From contig NC_045715.1 of NCBI RefSeq assembly GCF_009834535.1, forward strand, positions 29,016,001 through 29,080,000: a stretch of DNA of 64,000 nucleotides. Reading direction: 5' to 3'. A program made the position numbers and the translations under genes. The DNA comes from Camelus ferus. Its lineage: Eukaryota. Below the pieces are notes generated by a model, which made no database searches, was not told the origin of the DNA, and saw only the letters and a list, made by a program, of their open reading frames with translations. This document shows, piece after piece, positions 21,029-58,110 of this stretch (positions are counted from its first letter, which is position 1; each line of letters starts with the position of its first letter).

Positions 21029-23427
21029 GTGAGTCGGGGCAGGGGACAGCGGGACCCGGGGTAGCAGGCGGCCGGGGCAGGCCGGGGGTTAGCGAGGGCC
21101 GGGGAAACCGGGGGCTGGCGGTGGATGGTGGGGAGACAAGACCGGCTCGGCCCAGGCTGCCGGATCGCGGGACCACGCAGGCACGTCGGGGCAGCCTCCT
21201 CTGCCGACCCGGAGCCGGGCCGGGGCGCGACGCCAGGGCCTGAAAAAAGTGCCCAGGCAGAACGGGCAGGGCGAGGCTGACGGCAGGAAGAGCGCGAGGA
21301 GACCCAGGGAGGGAGCAAGGGTGTGGGCACAGCGGATTCGCCTGGGGGGCGGCGCAAGGACCAGGCTTTGAGGTCAGATTTCCGCTCCTCTCATTCCTCG
21401 CGTGATGGCCTTGGGCAGCATTAACAGTTAACACTTGTTCAACGTTTGCCCCGCCAAAGCCCTGTGCCGGGTGCTCTTGATTACATCAGTTTTTAAAATC
21501 CTCACAAAACCCAATTGAGGTAAGTAGTGATACCCGTTTACAGTTGTAAAACTTTGGCCTCGGAGAGGTAAAGGTGGAGAGGAGGTGCAGACCCAGGCTG
21601 GTTAGGGTCTGACCTGTGCTCTAAACCACCGTGCTACATGCCCTCCTGTGCTCAAGTGAATTTCCAGGAGCCTCAGTTTGTCCCCTTCCCCAAATGGGGA
21701 TAACACCATCTACCTCCACGTATTGCCATGAGGATTAATGCACATTTCTAGTATGCTTGGCTTGGAATAGATGCTAAAATATAAAAGTTGCCACTCAGTG
21801 ATAGATTTACCAGGTCATTTGAGGTCAGTGGAGAGAGCCTGGGAACAGGAAGCAGAGAAATGGACTCTGAAGAGCTGAGGAGATGGAAGTGTCCAGCACA
21901 GGGCCTCCTCCTTGCCTTCCCAGGCCCTTCTGACTGTCCCTCTCGGCCTCTCCCTGCCTCTCCCTGCCTCTCCTTCCGGGTGCTGCCCAGGGTGGACTCC
22001 ATCATGCTGGTGGAAGAGGGCTTCAATGTGACAAGCGTGGATGCCAGTGACAAGATGCTGAAGTATGCGCTTAAAGAGCGCTGGAACCGGCGGCACGAGC
22101 CCTCCTTCGACAAGTGGGGTAAATGTGTCCAGTCAGGCCCCCTCAGCCCAGCCCCCAAGGACACAGTTCTCTCTGCCCTGGGATCCCTTAGCTCCTGTGG
22201 TGGGGTGTTTTGTTCTTCTCAAGGAAGACAGTAAAATTACTGTCATTTCCCTGAAATGGGAGGCTTAGGCACCAGAATGAGGTATCTAGTATGAGGAGCT
22301 AGTTTTAATTATGTGTAGTGTCTTGTCCCCCTCTCCCCGAGTAAAAACCCATAAGCACAGAACCCTCCTTCCCATGGTAACCATGGCTTCCTCCTCCTTG
22401 GACCCCTGTTCCTCTTCACCCATCTTGTTCATAATGATCCACTCCCCCAGACTGGATGTGTGTGTCTTGAAGGGGAAATTGAGGCAGGACTGCACTTGGT
22501 GGTAGAGGGTACTGCTGGTACCTGATCCCTCTTCACCTTCCTGGCTCCTAGTCATTGAAGAAGCCAACTGGTTGACTCTGGACAAAGATGTGCCTCAGCC
22601 ACCAGGGGGTGGCTTTGATGCTGTCATTTGCCTTGGAAACAGTTTTGCCCACTTGCCAGACTGCAAAGGTGAGAGAGGGTGTGGCCCTGGGCACAGACCC
22701 TGCTTTAAACTGTATCCTTTCCAGACCCCTGGGGATGAGAAAGATGGGAGGGAGACTGGTGCTGGGGGCTCTGGGCAGACGTAGCCTCTCTGCCCCTGCC
22801 TGGAGTTCAGGGGACCAGAGCGAGCACCGGCTGGCACTGAAGAACATCGCAAGCATGGTGCGATCAGGGGGCGTGCTGGTCATCGATCACCGCAACTATG
22901 ATCACATCCTCAGCACAGGCTGCGCGCCCCCAGGAAAGAACATCTATTATAAGGTGGGGCCCCTGAGGGAGGGAGGGACCAGAGTGGGAGGTGTGATCCT
23001 GGCCCCACGGTAGCTGCAGAAGCTAACGCAGCCTGCTACCACCACCTGCAGAGTGACCTGACCAAGGACATCAGGACATCAGTGCTGACAGTGAACAACA
23101 AGGCCCACATGGTGACCCTGGACTACACGGTGCAGGTGCCAGGGACTGGCCAAGACAGTTCTCCTGGCTTGAGGTACCCACTCGGTGAAGCAGGGGTTGG
23201 GGGGAAGGGTGCTGAGCCCACCAGTCCTCATGGTTGGTCGGGGGCTCTGTTGCAGTAAGTTCCGGCTCTCCTACTACCCTCACTGTCTGGCATCCTTCAC
23301 GGAGTTGCTTCAAACAGCCTTCGGGGGCAAGTGTCAGCACAGCATCCTGGGCGACTTCAAGCCTTACAAGCCAGGCCAGGCCTACATTCCCTGCTATTTC
23401 ATCCACGTGCTCAAGAGGACAGACTGA
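20823..23427 (+). CDS. GNMT: Glycine N-methyltransferase, 295 aa; exons 20823-21028, 21991-22118, 22552-22668, 22811-22953, 23052-23173, 23256-23427
   Basis: [22 protein letters not shown] start, SAM-binding motif [23 protein letters not shown]; 888 nt spliced, frame intact. Confidence 0.98.
21370..21790. mobile_element. MIR cluster in GNMT intron 1 (both orientations)
   Basis: gtgaccttgg-like and cctcagtttg..aaatggggataa cores. Confidence 0.6.
21991..22118 (+). CDS. GNMT: GNMT exon 2
   Basis: [34 protein letters not shown]. Confidence 0.97.
22552..22668 (+). CDS. GNMT: GNMT exon 3
   Basis: [32 protein letters not shown]. Confidence 0.97.
22811..22953 (+). CDS. GNMT: GNMT exon 4
   Basis: [35 protein letters not shown]. 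Confidence 0.97.
23052..23173 (+). CDS. GNMT: GNMT exon 5
   Basis: [30 protein letters not shown]. Confidence 0.97.
23256..23427 (+). CDS. GNMT: GNMT exon 6
   Basis: [23 protein letters not shown]. Confidence 0.97.
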
Positions 23428-23605
23428 GCAAGGCCTCAGCTCCCCAGACCACTGCCCAGGAGCTGCCAGGCTCTGTCTGGAGAGGAGGGGACCAGTAACC
23501 CTACACTAAACCCAGCCCCCAGTGCAAATCCTGGGGTGGGTGAGGGTAAGGGCAGTCTGCAGCTGGGGAGCAGGGATTTGGGTTCAGACAGATGGAAGGG
23601 GGAAC

Positions 23606-23611
23606 AATATA
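23606..23611 (+). promoter_or_regulatory. Candidate GNMT non-canonical poly(A) signal AATATA
   Basis: No AATAAA seen after the stop; AATATA is followed by a U/GU-rich tract at 23620-23650. Confidence 0.55.
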
Positions 23612-23768
23612 GTCTGTGCCTTTTTCAGACTTTATGTGTTGTGTTTATGTCGTAAGGATCAGGCTTCTGTGGTACCCACCTGCCCACCCCTGGGTTTACT
23701 CCTCCACAGCCTTGCTCCTCCCTACTCCAACCTTTCAGACCACACCACCAGCAGGGGGCAGCATACAC

Positions 23769-23774
23769 TTTATT
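23769..23774 (-). promoter_or_regulatory. PEX6 proximal poly(A) signal AATAAA
   Basis: TTTATT on + strand, ~280 nt after the PEX6 stop. Confidence 0.7.
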
Positions 23775-24053
23775 TTCAGCCACAGAAGGGGCTCTCTCAG
23801 GGCCCCATCCCCAGAGCTCCAGGCCCCACCTCTTCTCCTGAGCAGAGAGCCTTAATCTTGGAACTGGCCTGGAGGGCAGGAGGGGATGCCCCTGAGCTCT
23901 CCTGGGGCTCCTGATGCCACTTGGCACCCAGGGGATCTCCCAGGGGCAGGCAGCCGTCAGGTGGGTTGATGGCAGCAGCCTGAGAAACAGCCTTTGCTCT
24001 CTCAGGTCTCTGGAGCTACCCAGGGTGGGCAGGGTCCCAGGCCGAGGAGGCTC

Positions 24054-34899
<10,846 letters not shown>

Positions 34900-35790
34900 T
34901 TATTGAATGATCAATGAATGGTCAGTGCCCCCTGAACTAAACCTGACCCCCTGCTGGGAGCTGTGGAGTGTTTAGGAAGGAGTCCACTCTGTGGAACTGT
35001 AGGCACTTAGGTTTGGGGGTTGTGAGGAAGATTGCACGAGGGAGTGGTAGGATTATAAAACTGTCTCAGACATGCTTATGGATATGTAGTGGTTGCTGGC
35101 TGAATAACTATATGTGATTCATGTAGCCCTGAAATGCTTGGTGCTGCCACACCTGTTTCAACACATTCTACACAAAACCCACGTTCCAGCGTTTCTTGTC
35201 CTGTTTATTGTCCTGTTCAATCTACTCCCACCAAATTTGAAGTGAAGACAAAGCAGCTTTGCATTTTCATCTCTCCAAAACTGGCTGCTCTCCCCCCACC
35301 AATCCTTGCAGACTGGAGACCCATTCCTGTTTCCATCCTAGAGAGGGGTGGGCAGCAGAGCAGGCAGAAGAGAAGGGTTCAAGGCTTCAGTTATGAGTAC
35401 AAAACCAACAGCTTTCTTCCCGTCTGTGCTGTTACTTAGAGTACATCCTTGTCTTCTACTTGGACACTGGTTGGTCACACTTCCAGTTATTAACAATATA
35501 CTTGCATTTAGAATCAATGGTTTGATTGGTGGCAGTCTACTCTTTCTGGACCTTGCATTCTCTTCCAACTATTGCCCAAATTTCTCCTTTCCTTCATCTT
35601 GAGGCAGTCTTCTACTTTGTACATTATGTATTCCTGAAAATTTCCTGAAAATTTGAGAGGTGAATATTATATTTTCATGTTATAAGATATTTCTATCCTT
35701 AGAGAGACAAGAAAATATTTTTTAAATGTTTGATTATAGTTTCTGGAGGTACCTTTAGTCCTAAACCTGAAATTGCCCAGTTTCACATCT

Positions 35791-35928
35791 TTAAAAAAAA
35801 TTAATTTATTAAAATTTTTTCTTTTTCTCTTTCTTTTTTTTTAATGGAGGTACTGGGGTTGAACCCAGGACCTTGTGTATACTAAGCATGTGCTATACCA
35901 CTGAGCTATACGCCACCCCACTCCCCAA
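35791..35928 (-). mobile_element. tRNA-derived camelid-type SINE with ~20-bp TSD
   Basis: Same head; flanked by ccagtttcacatctttaaaa (35777) and ccagttccatatctttaaaa (35929). Confidence 0.85.
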
Positions 35929-36307
35929 CCAGTTCCATATCTTTAAAACAGCATGCAAGAACATACCTGAATTCACAAGGATGGAAGTTCCCGTTTGGTA
36001 GTTCTAAACTCTGTGGCTCAGTTCCCTGCCTCTCAGAGGGAACAAGGACCTGGAGGATGATGGGGTGGGTCCAAAGAGGATATGACTGCTTTACACAGTA
36101 GCAGGCAAGATCCAGGCCTCAGGGCTATAGTGCTCCTTGAGGCCTTGGGAATGGGTAAATACATCTGGTATCCTGCTTAGGTCAGCACCCATACAGACAG
36201 ACACAAATATTCGTCCACAAATAAACATCCTTTCCTCCCAGGCTCTTCCCCCAGCAAATAATGGTTGGCATGCTGTCCACTCTGCATTACCTTGAAATTG
36301 TCATTAG

Positions 36308-36452
36308 TTTTTTTCTTTTTTTTAATATTTTGGGGGGTAGGTAATTAGGTTTATTTATTTACTTATTTATTTTAATAGAGGTACTGGGGATTGAACCTAG
36401 GACCTTGTGCACACTAAGCTTCTCTCTACCACTGAGTTATACCCTGCCCCTA
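36308..36452 (-). mobile_element. tRNA-derived camelid-type SINE with TSD
   Basis: Same head and tail; tcattagtt at 36301 and 36453. Confidence 0.85.
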
Positions 36453-36499
36453 TCATTAGTTATTGAAAGCCAAATATTACTTCTGTAAGATAACCAGGA

Positions 36500-37165
36500 G
36501 CCTTGATTTGTTGCCTTTACTTCCATGCCTCTTGCTTACTCTTCAACCCACTATAACTTTCCTTCCACTCTTCTGAAACTTTCCTGCAAAGATTCCCCTG
36601 TAACCTCTTAACTGCAGAATATAGGTGATACTGTTTGATCTTGATCTTACTCAGCCTTTCTCTGGCATTAACCTGACACTATTGACCAATCCTTTTATAC
36701 TTCCTTTGCCATCATGACACCAATTTTCCTCCTACATCTCTGACGGCTTTCAGAAGTCATCCTCGACCCCTCCCTTTCCCTTACCATCCTTCCCACAATC
36801 CGATGAATCACCAAATCCTGTTGATTCTACACATTTCCCAATTTTGTCCTTTCTTCTCCATGCCTATGGCCACTGCTTTATAACATTGCTCTCCTTTGCG
36901 AGGACTACAGGCAGATTCTTGTGCCTTCTGCAGTTTCTTCAATCGGCTACTGGAGTTGACTTTCTGAAACATACTCCAGCCACCTCGAGGTTTGTGTAAT
37001 TTAATACATTGTATCTTAATCATCTGCTTATACACCACTGTGAACTTCACCAGACTGTGAACTCCTTGAGGGCAGGAACTGATCTTATCCATAGGACACT
37101 GGCTTGGGCTGGGTGGAGAGTAAGGGATGCATTTCGTCAGACACTCAATAATGAGGTAGCATTTC
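36500..37165 (+). mobile_element. L2 LINE relic
   Basis: ttgatcttactcagcctttc..gactgtgaactccttgagggcaggaactgatctt..cactcaataa. Confidence 0.65.
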
Positions 37166-37892
37166 CATTGCATTCGCAAGTGCTCAGGTCTAGCTGGTTC
37201 CCTAGCCCCATTGCAGTAGGACAGGGGATCCTCTGTCCAAAGTTGCAACAAACTCGGGATTCTCATCTCATTTCACCCCAGTCCCGATCTGCCAGGCTTC
37301 CCCTTTGAAACTCCTCCAGCCTTTCCTAGGAAACAGATGCCCTCGAGGACTTATGGGAACTCTCTCCACCAATTTTGCGTAGGCAATTAGTGCTACGTTA
37401 CCCTGATGACAAAAGGTACCCTTCATTTTAGGGCTTCTTTCCTTCAGTTCGGACTGGGCGGAGTAGCAGTGGGGAAAGGGAAAGGGCTGCGAAGAATGGC
37501 CGAAGCCGACGCACAGCAGACGCCTAAGTGCGGCACTTGGTGCTAAACCCGGGTTTCCCCTGACCCCCGCCTCCCACGCTAAGCTCGACCCCCTTTAGGG
37601 CGGGACCTTCCACTTCAGCCAATTCTGGGAGCCGAACCCTGGCGGTTTGTACTCCTCCTTTCCAATGAGAAAAAAAGGAAGCCGCTTGGCTCCAGCGACC
37701 AATCGGAGAAGGCGGCGCCTGGTTGTCAGGCAGGTTTGTAAGAGTTCCGGCCAATTGGAGGCGCAGATACCGNNNNNNNNNNNNNNNNNNNNNNNNNNNN
37801 NNNNNNNNNNNNNNNNNNNNNNNNNNNNNNNNNNNNNNNNNNNNNNNNNNNNNNNNNNNNNNNNNNNNNNNNNNNNNNNNNNNNNNNNNNNN

Positions 37893-55052
<17,160 letters not shown>

Positions 55053-56013
55053 NNNNNNNNNNNTCCCGCCACAGGGCCACAGCCCACTCAGCCCTGGGAC
55101 ACTGCCCTGGCCCTCCACCCTCTGCTCCCCACTGGCTGACTTTGGGCAAGGCAGTGCCTCTCTACTCTAGGGAGGGGGATGCGGCACTTGAAGCAGGGAC
55201 TCCCACAGAGTGGTCCCTCTTCTCCCCCAAATGTGTTCATGACTCCCTGCAGCTAGTACAGACAGGCTGAGCACCTTGATGCTCAGTGCTCAGATGACTT
55301 GGGGATGCCTGGCCCCCTCCTCCTCCTCACCCCACAGCTACCTGAGGCTGCTCTGAGAAATACACATGGGAATACATACGCTCCTCTTTTGTCCCCTTCA
55401 GTCTCATTTGACCTCCAGATGTCTCTCCTTCTCCCCCTCCACTACAGGCATATAGGGAACAGCAGGAGATGATTCTCACCAAAGCTCTGTCAAGCCCCAT
55501 TGGCCCCTGGAGTTAGTTAGCTGGAGGGGAGCCAACCCCCAAAGGCACAAATAGACCCCTGGCTCCAGCAGTGTGCAGGCTGACAGAGCTGCATGATTTC
55601 CTCTTGCTCCCTGCCTGACCAAGACAATGTGGGAGGGCAGGAGGAGAAAAGCCAGAGGCTCTGGGTGATGGGTGAATAGAGCCCAGATGGACCAAAAGAA
55701 GGGCATGAACAAGCACCCACCCTGTGCCCCCTCTTTGGTGAGCAGCAGCCCTGGGATCACTGACATGGAAGGGACCTCCCTGGGGCTGACTGCTTTCCTG
55801 TGCTGATGGTTCCAAAGCTGGGAGGAAGGAAGCAGGGAGCAGTGCCCCAAGCATGGCTCCCCCCAACACCTATTTATTTCCTGTTTGTGATGATGGTGGG
55901 CAGGCCCTCACTTGTCCACTTTAGGCACCTTGAAGGGGCAAGGGTCTGGGAAGGGCTGGACCCAGGTTCCAGGGGCGCAGGCAGTGCAGCTTTTGGCTGT
56001 GTACATAGGGTGC

Positions 56014-56019
56014 TTTATT
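56014..56019 (-). promoter_or_regulatory. MEA1 poly(A) signal AATAAA (second copy at 55873-55878)
   Basis: TTTATT on + strand, ~215 nt after the MEA1 stop. Confidence 0.75.
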
Positions 56020-56085
56020 CTCCACAGAGTGATACATGCTATGGTGGGTTGGGCTTGGGCCGATGTCCCCATATGTACAGAACTG

Positions 56086-56091
56086 AATAAA
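56086..56091 (+). promoter_or_regulatory. PPP2R5D poly(A) signal AATAAA
   Basis: First AATAAA seen after the last exon. Confidence 0.8.
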
Positions 56092-56234
56092 GTGGGTCTC
56101 TGAGAAGAAGTCTGATTTGCCTTGGTGTAGAAAGGGAGACAGGAAGATGAAGATGGACATTACGACCAAGATGTGTTCAGTCCTGTGCTGGTCATGGCCT
56201 GGAATGCAGGGAGATAAGGCAGCTCTCAGGGTGG

Positions 56235-56386
56235 TCACTTCCAGGCAGGGGCAGCCTGCCGGGCTTGGAGGGCCTTCTGTACCACATCTTCCCACTGGGC
56301 ATCTGATATCTCCCGAGCCCAAGCAGGAACCCCTGGCGCAGGCAGGCTTACTCCAGCCATCGTCCTTTTCACCAGCTCTACGTGTT
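56235..56386 (-). CDS. MEA1: MEA1 last coding exon
   Basis: [16 protein letters not shown]. Confidence 0.96.
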
Positions 56387-57165
56387 CTGAAATTACAGGC
56401 AGAAACCAGCTGCAGGTAGAAACAATGGGAACAGCTCCCCTCTCCACTCACTGAACTAACCCAGAGCTTTTGGGCTAGCAAGGTCACTGAATCCTTTTTA
56501 TTCCTAGGCAAGCCTGCTCATCCCCCAAGCCTAGAAGAATAGCATTTTCAGCTGGATCCCCCAAGTCTAGAAGAACATCATTTCACCTGGATCTTAGATT
56601 ACAAACTTGTTTTAGAAATGGGGTGTTCCTCTGTGATTTCCCTTTACTGGCTCTAACCAGTCCCTTTCCTCTATAATTATTCCAGAATAAAAGAATGATC
56701 TCTTACCTGGGTCCATGGGAATAGAGCTGTGGTTGCTCAATGCTGTAGCTCCCCCCTCATCTTCATCCTCGCTTTCTAATGGTGGGTCTGGCAAATGAAG
56801 CCCCAGAGCCTGCAGAGCCGGAGAAGGCAGTTCAGGGCCAGCCCTGCAGGGGTTCTAGCTTCACCTGCTCAGGAACAATGTCTCCTCCACCATACCTGGA
56901 TCCGGTCCTGGATATCAGCAACTACATCTTCTCCATCTCCCACCGGTGCCAGCTCCACTTCCTCTTGTTCAGGATCTTGGTTCAGAGGCTGGTAGGAGTA
57001 GCCAGCTGGGCCTGCCCCCGTTTCCTCCTGCTCTTCCTCTGGCTCCTCACTGCTCCAATCCCCAGTACCTTCTGTAGAGCCCTGGTGTGGCCCGAGTTCC
57101 TCAGTCTGACTGGGGAAGATACGCTCAGGACCCATGGTGTCTCCCCCTAGAACTACTGCTGCCAT
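56235..57165 (-). CDS. MEA1: Male-enhanced antigen 1, 174 aa; coding exons 56896-57165, 56707-56809, 56235-56386
   Basis: [99 protein letters not shown]; 525 nt spliced. Confidence 0.97.
56707..56809 (-). CDS. MEA1: MEA1 middle coding exon
   Basis: [34 protein letters not shown]. Confidence 0.96.
56896..57165 (-). CDS. MEA1: MEA1 first coding exon (exon extends to the acceptor boundary at 57175)
   Basis: ATCCAG|gtatgg donor. Confidence 0.95.
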
Positions 57166-57559
57166 CAGGCAGGGGCTGCAAGAACAAGGAGATAGGAGAA
57201 CAGGGACTGGGTGAAATTAGGTCCACCGTCAGCCTTTCATCCATCTCCCGTGGTCTCCTCCTGCGTCCACAAAACATTTAAACGCCCCAAGCTTCCTGCA
57301 CCCGACCCACCTCAGCCTTTCCTAGTGCTCCACCTCTTAAGTTGGTTCTTATCGCCAGCCGGGGCCCACCCGCCTTGCTCTGCCAATTCTTAAAAAAACA
57401 GCCCAACCGGAGGCCATGCCCCCTCCCCCCAACTCACTTAGGAACTCCGGGTTGCCAAAGAAGCTCCCCTAGACAAGGAGTACCCGCCCCTTCTCTCCTC
57501 CCCAAGGGGTTCTCATCAGTACCACCTGACAAACGCCCTCCAGGCCCCAGGGGCTCCTT

Positions 57560-58110
57560 CAAATGGCCCCAGCTGCAACGTCCCCTACCCGACCCCGCTG
57601 ATTCTCAGCACCGGTGCTTCCGCGCGCCTCACCAGCTCAGAGCCCGCGGCCGAACCCGCACCTTCACTTCCGGCGGGGCAGGACGTGCCGGGGCAACTAG
57701 TCCTCCAGCCCCGCCCCACGTTCATGATTGACGCGAGCGAGGACGTATAGTCCACCCCTTGTCCCGCCTCCACCATCTTCTGCCCAGACAACAAAGGACT
57801 ACATCACCCAGAAGTCTCGCGGCTTTGACACAACTGCACATGTGCAGAACCTCCTCCGGCTCTTGCCCACTCCTGAGATCCCTTCACGTCCCTCCCCAAA
57901 CCCGTGGACTACAAATCCCGGTAGGCTTCGGGCGCTTAGCGCTGATTGCACGTGCGCACACAGCTGCCCGCTGGAAGGTCCGAGCCTGGCTGTGTTTATC
58001 TCGTTGGGGACCGAGTCGTCGGTTGGCGCGCAACGGGTTCTAGGCTGCAGGCAGCGCGAGGACCCGCGGCCCCGCCCCGGCCCGGCCTGGCAGGTAGCCC
58101 CGGGTGGGTT
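57560..58110. promoter_or_regulatory. MEA1/KLHDC3 bidirectional CpG-island promoter
   Basis: Head-to-head genes; ACTACA-type ZNF143 motifs at 57798 and 57908; ETS CACTTCCGG at 57665; CACGTG/GCGCA at ~57948. Confidence 0.85.
57990..58093 (+). other. KLHDC3: KLHDC3 non-coding exon 1 (start approximate)
   Basis: GGCAG|gtagcc donor at the downstream edge of the CpG island. Confidence 0.65.

Noticed and set aside
20725-21434. 210-aa and 219-aa - strand ORFs over the GNMT CpG island
   Set aside because: GC-driven open frames without protein-like features.
22600-22613. CTCF-like CCACCAGGGGGTGG in GNMT exon 3
   Set aside because: Mismatch at the conserved C of the GGC core; explained by the coding sequence.
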